Shown in pieces: positions 12,703-25,729 of a stretch of 64,000 bases of DNA (positions are counted from its first letter, which is position 1; every line of letters begins with the position of its first letter). Under the pieces are notes generated by a model. It saw nothing but the letters and a program-made list of their open reading frames with translations, did not search any database and was not told where the DNA came from. The DNA comes from Chrysomallon squamiferum (lineage: Eukaryota; Animalia; Mollusca): positions 6,324,001-6,388,000 of the forward strand of contig CM022666.1 in the NCBI GenBank assembly GCA_012295275.1, read 5' to 3'. A program made the translations under genes and the position numbers.

Positions 12703-14849
12703 ATGTTACACATACGAGGTCAGATTCTAGCTGTAGTTAATACAGTTTTTAATTCAGGAATTCCAAGTCGCTCAAAACATCTAGGCTATGTTGGCATCCG
12801 TCTGTGCCATTATAGCAACAGTGGCAGAAGACCTTATGCTGTTGTCGATGCCATTAATGTCCAGGCACATCGCAAATCCAGCAGAACAGAGACCAGATTT
12901 CATGATTCAGATGTAAGTAAAAATGATTTCTATTAGAGCTATGTTTAGGTGTCTCTGTATCAATCTATGTATTATGTTTCTGTATTATCTTAAGTAAACT
13001 TTTCTAATTTATTTATTAGTCTTTCAAATAAGTACGCCTTTCTTTAATGTGAATATATCAGTATTTTTACTTAGAACGTGAATAAATCAATATTTGTTTG
13101 ATGGCTTCTCAGACCGTTTTATTATTGAAAATTTGGTGTCTAACTGCTGTAGTTTTACAGTATTGATTCTGCAATCTTTAATTTTTCAAGTATGATCGTT
13201 AACCTTCAAGCCTCAATTTGTTCCAGTTAACAGACAGATACCCTGAAAGACGGGGGGGGGGTTTGAAATTGGAGCTTGTAGAATGCTATGGATTATAAAT
13301 TTGTTTTGTTTTTCCAGTGTTTATCAAATATGAAGCCTTTCATTCTTAACTGCAAAGTGTTTATTGTTACAGTATTTATGTCTGTCTTATATCTTACAAT
13401 ACAAATAAAAGTAAAAAAAATTAAAAAAATTATGTATATTACATAAAAATAGAAAATACTTCAAGTAAACCACATTTATTTTTTGTTTTGTAGCTCATAA
13501 AACAACTTAATGACATAGTCTTTGGCAAAATGGAGAGCGTTTCTGCTCGCAACAGTTTGGAGAGTCGACTAGGAACACTGGAGAGCATGGGATGCTCACT
13601 CAACGATATTCAGCAGTACCCACAGATCCTTCGACTGAGTGAAGCAGAAGTTATCTCCAGAGCGCAGAGACTGAAGAAGATGGGTGTTAAAGCAATCACA
13701 GTCGAGGGTCTGAAAGCTGCGAGATACAAGTCTGATAAAACTGTTGCAAGGAAACTTCATCTTTTAGCAAATGAAGATTTTGCAGTGGATGAAAGGAAAA
13801 CTGTTGATAATGTGGATAGTAAACTGAAAGACAACCTTCACGGCACACCAGAGGAATGGCTAGAAATTTTAAACAAAAATCCTGAAATTTCTGTTGTCCT
13901 GAATAATCCGAAAATTCTGAAAAAACTTACCCTTTTACAGAAATATGGAGTAAGTTTAGATCTAATTAAGGCTAATCCAGTCCTTCTTGAGAAAAGTTTG
14001 GTGAATTTAAAGATGAAACTCTCTAAGTTTATTGATCTGAAAAAAAACCAAACTGTCACACAAAAAGAAATAGATTATGTCCTTGAAGACGAAAATGATC
14101 CTGAACAGGCTTTAAAAGAAAAGGAACAAAAAAAAAACCAGAGGCTTAAATATATTGCTGATCTTCTAGATGTGAATGTTTCTGAGATAGCAGATGTGAA
14201 ACCATCTTCAACAATCAGCAAGACATTTGCCGAAAAGAAAATAAATTTCTTGATTGGAAAAGGAATAGAAAAACACGACATTGCAAACCACTTCTACTTT
14301 CTGAACAACAGTCTGGCCAAGATGGAGAAAGCTGTAGAAACAGCCCATGAAGCTGGAATACTGAAGCCGTCCCTCGTCTTACTAGTCAACATCCTGCAAC
14401 ACAAATGCATTCCTCAGAGACAGAGTCACGCTCGCCAGCTTTACACCATCGCAGATTTGCTCGAAGTTCCGAGGGATTATTTTACTTCCAGACCTGCACT
14501 CCGTGTGCTTGGACTGGCTGACAGACTTTCGGTGAAAAAAAACCTCTTGTTTCTCATGAAAGAAGGTTTTTCTAAAAAAGACATACTAGCCTGTCCTCTG
14601 ATCCTCGGTCATGACCCAGATGTCCTTGTGTCCTCTTACGAGTCTCTCCCTGACAGGCTGGAAGAAGATGTTTACGTTGAGATTGGAAACAACAAGTCCA
14701 AGATATTAAACATTCTACAATATCTTATAGAATCTGGTGTGAACTTTAACTGCAAGGAATTGATATTACAAGCAGGGAAACATTCAGACTGTAGTTCTGA
14801 TGTCCAGGAACCATCTGAAAGTTCAGATGTTCTGGATCTTGATGATTAA
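12703..14849 (+). CDS. mTERF-family mitochondrial transcription termination factor-like protein; coding exons 12703-12912 and 13494-14849, 521 aa
   Basis: First exon encodes an Arg/Ser-rich, acid-poor N-terminus and ends GAT|GTAAGT (phase 0). Acceptor TTTTGTAG|CTC at 13494 is in frame with ORF 13530..14849. Repeated mTERF-like helical motifs (LESMGCSLNDIQQYPQILRLS, LQKYGVSLDLIKANPVLL, FLMKEGFSKKDILACPLILGHD) and C-terminal LNILQYLIE. An AG directly before the ATG suggests a further upstream exon. Confidence 0.82.
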
Positions 14850-17800
14850 GTTTTAGTTAATTTCATATTGATATATATTTTTGGAAGGTTAAAAATAAGC
14901 ACATTATTTTTTCTGTCTGTGTTGAGTGAATGTAGAATGTGAATAATATGACAAGTGAAATAAAAAGGTTTCACTTCTAACTATTGTTGAGCATTTTTGT
15001 AAAAGATTAACTAAACGAGAGAAAAAAATTCATTCTTTCCACAGTCAGTCAATTCTGTTTTAAACTTCAGCAGTTGTAGGAATTACCATAACTGTTCCTT
15101 TTGTATTTAACCTCTGAGGGACTCAAATCAGTCTCTTTTTTTGGGGGTTTTCTTTCATTCTAGTGTGATAACATCACATTTTCCAAGGTCTGCAATGATG
15201 CCTGGGTTACTGGATATCATCTGCTTTTACCACAGTTTAAATTGTTGCTGATTGAAGATGATACCCACTTCATTTGTGAAAACTTTAATGATAACATTCT
15301 TTGATGGTGGTACTCTGAACTAATAAACCATAAACAGTTTATTTATAACATAAGTGATTGTTTCCTAACATCTGCCTTTATTAATGCATATAAATGGCAA
15401 TAAAATTAGATGTTTTGGGACATGACTTGAAATAATATAAAACATGATATATTAATGATTATTTCGATGTCTATAATTTTTACTTGTTATTTATATTTTG
15501 ATCTACAAAATGACAGTAAAAATCATTTTTTTAAAATTTAAAATGCAATTTCATGAGCATGTTCCATTTTGTCATACATTTATATTAGCAATGTCTGGCG
15601 TACTTGAAATAAATAAAATTCAGTAAAACTTTTGTATCGACATATCACAAAAGGTACATTTCAGCTAAGTGAGTAGAATGCATAAGTCAAACATACTGCA
15701 GCAAGAGAGAAATCTTGATTCTATTTTAGTGATTGAATGTTTTAAATATATTAATAATTCATTCTAACATGGGTGTAAATTGTTGTGAAAGTCACGTGGA
15801 ACTTTGAGGTTCTATAAATGTTCTTTGAATGCAATTTGACAACATTTTTTAATTCTTCTTTTAATTAATTATTAACTGATACTATTGTACTGTGGTATTT
15901 ACCAATGGTGCTGTAATCATACTTCTGGTAATTGAGATTTTTATATCATTTATTCATATTACTACTGTTACTGCTGCAGCTACTACTACTACTACTACAA
16001 TTATTATTTTTAGCAACTGCAATTAATTAATATTTGATTTTTTTTTTTTTTTTTTTTTTTTAAGTTCTGTTCATATCTCTTAGCAAGAAGTCATTAATCC
16101 ATGGATAATCCATCTTAAAACATTTCAAGTCAAACAAAACACAGATGTATGTACAAGCATATATTATATATCTTATAAATACACATCATAGTTATTCACA
16201 TAAAACAAAAAATGTTTTTATTACTTAAATGACTAAAAGTATTGTCATATGATACTGCATCCAACCTTTTCACTTGGGCTAAAAATCCTTCATCCAAAAT
16301 GCTTTGAAAATCTAAATGTATGCAATAAGCATTTTACTGAATGTTTTCTATACAAATAAGCTGAAAACCCTGAAGATTTTAAAAAAGAGACAGTTAACTA
16401 ATGATTGAAATACCATATAGCTGAACTTAAAATATATAACAGCAAGTTTATAAAAAAAAAAAGAAAAAAAGACTAGTAAAAAAATAAACTTACTTATTCT
16501 CCTAATTTCTAATGTATTTCTTTTGCCTGGATGTGATAATACATAACTTACATAATTTTGGAATCTTCTCCATAAACAAATTAGAATTTCTTTATGAAAA
16601 CCAGAATGCATTTTGCTTCTCAAATTTCTGTTTTTTTCATATATATATATATATATATATATATGGTTTCAGTAATTCAAAATGTGGAACTACAATTTTG
16701 TTATTTATTTGTAATTGGTAATTTTTATTTTTTTCAGGATGGTTCCAGTCTGTTTGACACAGTTGATCCTCAAATTGTAATTCTGCTACTTTTATATTTA
16801 TTTATTTTTATTTTTATTACATTTTTATCTTCTTTTTTTTTTTTTTTTTCAATTTTTAAAAAAAATATTTTCATTAATTAAAAAAAAAAAAAAAAAAAAA
16901 AAAATATATATATTTTTTGATTTTTTCTGAGTTCTGATTGCACAGTTTATCTTTGAAGAATGAATTAAACTTTCACACCAATAAATTACAAGATAAAACC
17001 ATTCCATCTCACATTGATAATTTCAACACCATGTATATCAGAAATTAATAACAAACAATACTATTGAAAATCACATATTCATAATAACATAATGACAAAC
17101 ATTTTCACAAATTAATATTTCTGGAATGCCAAATTCACCACAAACAATTCTGAATTTAAACATTTATCCTAATCTGGTGGAATAACAATTTTTATTCTTT
17201 CATATATTTTTAATATGAATTTCTTTTCAAGTCCTCTAAATATAATATGTAATGTAAATATTTACATATTACCCTAAACCAGTAAACTTTTGATATTCTC
17301 TAGACAACTCATCAAACTGAAAGACTCCTATAAGCTTGGAAAAGCAGAATTCGTATTATGCAACATGTCACATACAGTTTGCACAGTCTACATAAATCAG
17401 AAATAAGAAAGTAATTTCATGTTATGTAAATTAATAAAACTTAGAACAACTGTAGAAATGAAAGGAAATAACTTCAGTTTTGTATTAATTTTAAAAGATT
17501 CGTTGGTTCAGAGCTAATGATATGAGAAATAGTAAAGATTTAATTTAGGTTTTATTTTGTTACCATTCTATAACAATCTGCCATAGAAGATGAAATTATG
17601 ATATTGATATTTATCAAGACAATTATCTGTTATGTGACATGACAGTGAACTGTTCAGCAAAACAAAAAAAAAGTTATTAAACTGTCTTGATGTTGGTTTA
17701 AAAACTTTTGATAAAGAGCATTGAGTATCTTAATATCTTACACACAGTTTCTGAAACATGTTGATTGTTGAAATCAACCGATTCTGAATCACGTTAAAAG

Positions 17801-17862
17801 TTATTTCATGCCATAAAAATGTCACATTCTATTCTGAAACAGATTATGAAGCAAGTGTCATG

Positions 17863-20180
17863 TCACATTGTAAAATGTCTGGTGTAGTCGTATTCAATGG
17901 TTGGGATCACAGCTTGAACAAATTTCAGAAATATCATCAGATACCTGAACACAAGGTCAAGGTCAATAAATAATAAATAAATAACACCTGAATATTCACT
18001 ATTATCAGTTCATTAAGTACATTTCTTGTATACTGGTACTCAACAGTTTAACAATGTATCTCCACCAGTTATATATTTGTCATCATAATGTATTCATACA
18101 CTCTGTTAAAAACTGCACTATTTATATCTTCCTAAAGCAATAGATTTAACTGTTACATTTTGTCAAGTTAATTAAAACTGAACCCAAATACTGATGATTT
18201 TCATTTTCTAAGAAGTTGATGTGTGTGTGTGTGTTTTGTGTCAACATCAATAAAGTTGTTATTTAAACTGTATCTTATTTCCTAAAGTATTGAGTAAAAA
18301 TGTTTCAAATAGGTTAAGTGTATTATTTAAATTCTACTCCAGTTTTAAGAATTTGTTTATCCTGAAACCTATTTTAATATAGTTATGTATTCTATTTTTA
18401 TGTGTTTTTAAGTAAAACTGAACCTACATATATTTTTGTAAAGCAACAATCTTTATTGTACCCAAATGCTGATTATTTTTCTGTATATCTGTATATAGAG
18501 GTGTATGTGTGTGTAAATATTAATAAAGTTGTTTTTTAAGGTGTACCGTATCACTGATGTTTTACATTTCCTAATGTAAAAAACGTTTAAATTGCTTTAA
18601 CCATGTTATTTTAAAAATTTTAAATGTACATCAGTACTAAGAATTTTTTAATCCTGAAATCTATTTCACTATGGTTTACCTGTTATATATATATATATAT
18701 ATAAAATTAAACAAGGATACATATGAACTCCAAGTTCACCACCACCCTCAGCAACAGTCTCAATTATTTTCTTCATTACATCAGCGTGCCTGAAAAATGG
18801 ATTATTTGACAATCAAATTACTATTTTATAAATGCAGCTTTAAAAGCACATAACCAATGCTAAAAGAAATAAGCTGAATTTAAGAAAATGACCTTTAAAA
18901 ATTATTTTAAAAAACAACCAGAAACAGTTTAGAATTTACTGTTAATAAATTGTATTTTGTTAAAACTGACATTAAAAAAAATAAAAATACAGGAAAATAA
19001 TAAGAATCAATATGAACAACCATATTTATATAATAAATGAAACAAGATTTCAATAACAGTCCATCATTTCAGCATAAAACCAAATTTTTATCAGATTATA
19101 GATGGTAATGTTATTACTAGACTCAAACAGCTTTCCAAGGCATGAGTACTAACCATTTGAAGATAAATGGTTAACATTTTAACCAAACTAAATAAAATCA
19201 TTTATACCCAAGAGGTTAATTTTTTTAAACCAACAAGCACTCTTTAATATTTTTACTTTTTTTATCTTTTGGATAAAGTCATTATAAAATGTTTATATAT
19301 AGCACATTCATTGTATTTTGATGACTGAAAACTAATATTACAATTTCTGGCCATTTTGCTTGAGGAAATCAGTGTCTGGAGTATGGAATTTGGGATTCAA
19401 AGCATTAAAGACTCAGGTTTGAAACAAACCTGCAAGGGTGGACTGAAGCCAATGGAGGACCAGGTAGGTTTGGATGTGTCTCCATAGTAACAGTTTTTTT
19501 GGCATGATCCTGACTGAAGTCTTCATACATCTGTTCCACTGTAAGTGGTTTCCGATTCTAAAGAAGAAATGAAAAGAATCAAAAACTCAAAAGAAAGAAA
19601 TACAGAACTGCCACCTTAAAACAAAGTAATAATGAAACAAAACAAACTACAATACAATAACAGTACAGTACAGAATATTAAACTTAAATAACATCTTTTT
19701 AAAAACAAAACGGTCACCCAAACAAATAAACTACAGTTCCGTATTTTATTTGTAAATACAAACTAAACTATATCAGGCTGACTTACATTTTGATTTAAGT
19801 TATAATAGCACTCATAACACAGAAAAGCCAATTTCTTAAATAATGGACATTTACATTTAATTTGGCTTAATTTTTAGTTTATTTCTAAAATAGAATAAAA
19901 GGTAATACTTTTTTTTTTTTTTACTACTCTTAAAAACTGCTTACTTCATCGTAACCATACAACCATAATCTTGGAGTCTGATAGTATTTATCATAGGTGA
20001 TATTTAAGTCATAGGTTCTTGTCTGAAGAATACTACTTTCTGCATTATTTGTTGCTGTGGATGTGATTTTTTCAGGTGGTAATGTTGCCTGAAAGAGATC
20101 GATTTAAAATGTAATTTATACTAGGATGGACTGAGGATCCACTACTCAAATTTCTGAAATCTGTATTCATTATGTATTTC

Positions 20181-20229
<49 letters not shown>

Positions 20230-23200
20230 TATAATAAATGATAATAATAATAATAAAATCTTAAATCAATGTTAAACATAAATCTCTTAATTATAATAAT
20301 AACAAATTATTCAATATTAAATATAATAATAATTTCTTAGATCAGTGTTAAATATAAATCTGTTAATTAAAATGATAGCAAATTATTCATTATTAAAAAT
20401 AATAATAATAATTTCTTACATCAATGCTAAATATAAATTTCTTAATTATGATAATAACAATATATTCAATATTAAAAATAAGAATTATAATAATAATTTC
20501 TGAAATCAATGTTAAATATAAATCTCTTAATTATAATAATAACAGTATACTCAATATTAAAAAAAAATAATAATAATAATTTCTGAAATCAATGTTAAAT
20601 ATAAATCTCTTAATTATAATAAAAGCAAATTATTCAACATTAAATATGATAATAATTACAATTTTTAAAGAATGCTTCTTGTAACAGATATCATTTCAAA
20701 CATACAGAAACCAGTAACACATGCAGCAAAAGTATTTACAAATTAAAACAAAAAGAAATAATTACCTCATCGGTCTCCTCTAACATTCCACTTTCTTCAA
20801 ACTCCTCCATATCAGCAGCTTCCCCTTCATCATCATCATCGTCATCATTATCATCATCATCAGCTGCTGTAGCAGATGCTGATTTAGCACCATCCTGAAA
20901 ATTATTTTAAAAAAATTGTTGTCTTTTTTACAACTCTTTATCTCAACAAGTACTAAAAGCTTTATTTTATCTGTTAAAAAAAATGTTATATTAACACTAC
21001 TCAAAACACATTTCTAATCTGCAGTTATTTTTGTAAAATACACAAAGAGAAGGACAGTGTAGATAACAAGACAGAAAATCTTCCTCAATGGGTTATCTCT
21101 GTTTGAACAATGAGTGACATGGGACATTTTGTAGGTGTCCTGTTTCGTAATCTGAACTCACACCCTTAGTTACAAGTCAAGGAGCACCCAATGGAACGGG
21201 AAATACCCCAAATGAATGCACTGAAATGAACAGATCTTCTTAACCTCTTTTCTCTAACAGTAGAGGTACACCATGATACTGAAAAACCACTTTTTTTTTT
21301 TTTAAATCTTAAATATATATACACTATTGATTTTTCAGACCCTGATGATCTAAAACCTCTTTTGGTATAGGTATGAGACCATTTATCCAGCAAGCTGGAG
21401 GGCAGAAGTGTCCCTGACTTCTGAATTTTCTAGTTTTCTGGGCCTTGGTTTAATATGTTCTTAAAATATAAATTAAATGATGAAAAATAAAGAACAACAC
21501 TGTATTTAGCACTTCTAAAACATGTATTCCAGAAACTGGATAAATACAGTCCTGTACCTGTTTATTAAATGATTTTATATAATACATACATAATGATGAA
21601 ACAAAAATCTAAATAGTTGAGAATGGTATAGTTAATAGTTACAGTATATGGTTCAATCTTTTAATAGCAATAATGAAAAAATCTACATTTGTTTTTATAA
21701 TAGTGAATGTCTAAAAATAAATTGTTCAGAATAATATCCTGACACATTTTCACTTGTTTTGTGATTTAAAAAAATATATTAAAAAAATGCAGAGTGTATT
21801 AGAACTGGTCTTTGATTTACTCAGCTTGTTAGGATTTTTTCAAACATTTCTACATTAAAAACAAAAAAGGTATGTAACAGATACTGTTCACTAAAAATCT
21901 CGGTGATTATTAGGAAATTTATATAAGCTGTTACAACAGAAAGGATATGAGGATTCAACAAAACAGAAGTATCTTAGGCAAAAAGTTGAAAACAACTGTT
22001 ATTTGCAAGAAAAAGCTAAATAAATCTTTATTAGTTGGTTGAGAACTTTGACCTGGTAATCATTCATTTTTTTTTTTTTTTATTCTGACATAAAATATAC
22101 TTTTATCCAGTCTGTCTTTTGTACATAAATAAATAATAATCGATTTTATATCTTTAGCTTACAAAAGTTACAATAATATTTGTTTCAAAATGTCTATGCA
22201 CTACCAGAGATACATTTAAAAATGACTTACTTTTGAATCTAAATTCATATCTGCCACAGCATCATGTACTGATCCCAGTGAATTATCACCTTAAATAAAA
22301 AACAAAAATAAAAATTCAATTAAATATAATACCTTTATTAATTTAAACAGAACATATTTTTACGGTATAATATAACATTTTATTTAATTAAATACAATAT
22401 ATTTCTTAATTTAAATAAATATATTTATTAGGTGGAAATACAACTCATTTCATTATATAAATAAAATTCATTTCTTCTGTTTAATACAATAATATATTTG
22501 TTCAATTGAAACAACACATTTTCTTCATTTAAATACAAAATATTTCTTCTAGTTAATACATATTTTTAAATTTAAATATAATAAACTTCCTTTGTTAACT
22601 ACAACATCTTCATATTTAAAAACAACACCTTTCTCAGTTTAAATACAACATACTAATTCATTTAAAAACAAAAGATTTTTTTGTTATGGATTTATCTTAG
22701 GAATGAATATAAGATCTAATTATCAATGAAGAAATCGCTGATCACAGCTTTAGCATCAGTATAATAACTTTAATAAGACCATCAGATTTTTACATAAACT
22801 TATACAATTGAAAGTAAAACTAAATTCAAATTCAGAAATAAATAATATTCGCTGTCAAAGCTGAGGTAAACATATCGACTGCTAAAAATTGATATAACTA
22901 CAATACTACAATGAAACATCAAAGCATTGGTTTAGGGTGTTTGTCACTAACAAATACATTATAATTATAAGATTCAGTCAAATATTTAGAAGGTTCTCTC
23001 ACCTGGATAATGATGTGTGTCTACCCATCCACCATCTTCATCATCTTCTTCGATAACCTTTTCCTGGTCATCTTGATGATTGTCCATCTGTTTCACCCTT
23101 TTGTAACACGGAACTACAAATTTAAAAAGATTTTATTTGTTTTTTTCTTATTAAAGTTTAAAAAATTAAGACATAAATTTTATTTATATTATTATTATAA

Positions 23201-24768
23201 TTAAAAAAAAATGTATTTGATTAAAATCAGCATTAAAGTTTCGTGAAACTAGGAATTACTTATTCCAAGGGTGATAACCCAGTATTATCTGATAAAATCT
23301 AAAGCATGGTTTGATAACAAAGTTCCATTAAAATTTGAAGTTACACAAAGCCCCAAGTGACTTGATGATACTCTACAGAATAGATGATAATAATGAATGT
23401 TCTAATTTCATCATTTCTTATTACAATTTACATATCAGAATGGTTTTATAGTCTCATGATGACACTAAACTACACTGAATAATTTTATAAAATTTTATCT
23501 TTTCTGGTATTTAAAGGAAGTTTCATAGTATACTAAGCTGCAGCTAAAAATATAATGTACTATAAATTTCTGTATTTCTAGGAGAGAAATACAAATTAAT
23601 ATTATGCTAAAGCACAGACTATAATATAATTTAATTTCCCCCTTTTGTTTGTGACTAGACTAATAAATAAGAGTAATAGATATTGATATTATACTAAAGA
23701 ACAAGTGATAACACATTTTATTTTTATTTTATCACCTCTTGATATACACTAATTGACTAATATTTAAATTTCTCCATGTACTGATATAATGCTACAGTTT
23801 ATTCTAAATTTTACCATTTCTTGTGATTAGAAACTGTTTGTCAGGAGGAAGGTATGGTTTGATTTTTGACTCATCTCCAGTCATCCATTGCCAAGTTGGA
23901 CAGTGATGTACAATATGATCACCAGCGGCAACAAACTGAAATGTTCAAAAACAGAGATAAGAAAGCATGCTTTCAGACTAAAAATAAAGTTAAACTGGAT
24001 GAATTCTTAATCAAGTTAATGCTTTAAAAATGGAACAAGCTGTTTAATGTGTATTACTTAATACATTTAAACCAATATAAATTTTATAAACTTAAATTGT
24101 TTTCTAAACATCCCAACAACAGGAATGACAACAATCCATAATTTCTAGACAGAATCAACATCTGTCTTCATGGAGTTTAATGGGAATTTGTTTTAATTAA
24201 AGACCAGTATTGTTGATACTTAATCTACATATAATGTCTGTGCTGTAATATTAAATAATAAATGTCAGGTAATATCTACAAGTACAATATACTAAATAAA
24301 TTAAATTGTTATGAATACAAAAATACATAAATAAATAAAACAAACCTCTTCTGGTGTAATTACTCCAGTTTCCCTGAATTTTGATTCCTATAAATAGATT
24401 GCAGAATCAATTTTCCATAGTAAACATTTTGTATTATTGTTCCATTCTGACCAGTGCCTAGAAATTTACTGCATCATTGCACGTAGTGAATTTCACAACA
24501 TTCAACATTGAATAAGAAATACATGTCAAATTTAACATCAATAAAAGTATAATAAGCATTAATATCAACAAAAGAACGATTATTCTAGACAGAGAAAAAA
24601 AAAAAAAAAGGAGGAAAAAAAGCTGACATTCATATTCAGTATTGTGATAAACGATCGTCGATGACAATAATTTAGTGATTCACTGAATGGTAATACCTTT
24701 AAGACTGGGGTTAAGTATTCCGCAACACCCAGTGCTGTTCCTTTAACTGCATTTACAAGATTCTGCAT
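17863..24768 (-). CDS. ATG3: Autophagy E2-like conjugating enzyme ATG3, 10 exons, 318 aa
   Basis: Exons (minus): 24768-24697, 24387-24346, 23935-23815, 23113-23003, 22289-22231, 20894-20766, 20088-19945, 19557-19430, 18789-18721, 17944-17863. All GT-AG and phase-consistent, 957 nt in total. Protein [45 protein letters not shown]...[18 protein letters not shown]...SVHPCRHADVMK (catalytic HPC)...[14 protein letters not shown]. Confidence 0.98.
17945..18720 (-). other. U12-type (minor spliceosome) GT-AG intron, last intron of ATG3
   Basis: 5' splice site GTATCCTTG; branch motif CCTTGAC (plus-strand 17956-17962) ~12 nt upstream of the CAG acceptor; no long polypyrimidine tract. Confidence 0.92.
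20182..20660. repeat. (AAT)n followed by a ~76-85 bp AT-rich minisatellite (5 copies) in ATG3 intron 6
   Basis: ATCAATGTTAAATATAAATCTCTTAATT-like monomer starts near 20265, 20341, 20420, 20505 and 20588. Confidence 0.85.
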
Positions 24769-25599
24769 CTTGTAAGCAATTTTAAATAAGAATCACCAGT
24801 TTAAAAAACAATTTCGGGGAAATTCCCCTCCCACCTAATCATTGACTGGTACAAATAAATATTGTCTGTTATAGACATTAATAGACTGGTTCCCGTGTCG
24901 TCATAAAGATTATGACCTTCACCTTGTTACTCGAAACAAGTAACTCTCAGATAACTTTTTGTGCTGGATGTGGTATTCTCTGGCATTTTAGGAATTTTGT
25001 CATGTCGATAGACTTAATTATATAATAATTATGTAAAATAAAGAAATACGATAAAATGTCCTTCTGTTTCTGTTATTTTTCTTTCACTCTCTCTTTTTCT
25101 CACTATTAATATTATGGTAAAATAATTTCAAGAATTTGTCATTTTCTAAACAATAAATAATAAAGATTTCTAAAAACATTTAAATAAAAAAAAAAAAAAA
25201 AACAAGAACAAAAAAACCCGCCTAAATCAATCAATTAATCAGTCCATTCAAAGATAGAAAAAAAACAAACAAGATACATCGAAACCACAAACCGAACATG
25301 AAGATAGATATATCGCTAGGTAGATAGATTGATACACATAAATGTAGATATACACTCATATACATAAATACATACAATTAAGAATTTCGATCCTTGGGTG
25401 TGCGTTTTAAAATTTTGGAAATTATTATTATTAACATTTTTGCAGTTAATATAGGTGGATATTCATACCTAAATATTACTTAATTAAGATGCGTATAATG
25501 TGTGTGTTTGGTGTTTCCAAGTATTCAGTAGTAACGTGGCTTAGAATCATATTATGGTATGGTGTTTTAACGTATGGAAGTCTTTTGTTTGTGTGAGTA

Positions 25600-25635
<36 letters not shown>

Positions 25636-25729
25636 AGTCTCTCTATATGTCTGTCAGTCTATCTTTATATATACATATATAACTAAAGAAATACGTGTAA
25701 TGTCTAATTCACTCAGAAAATATAAAAAT

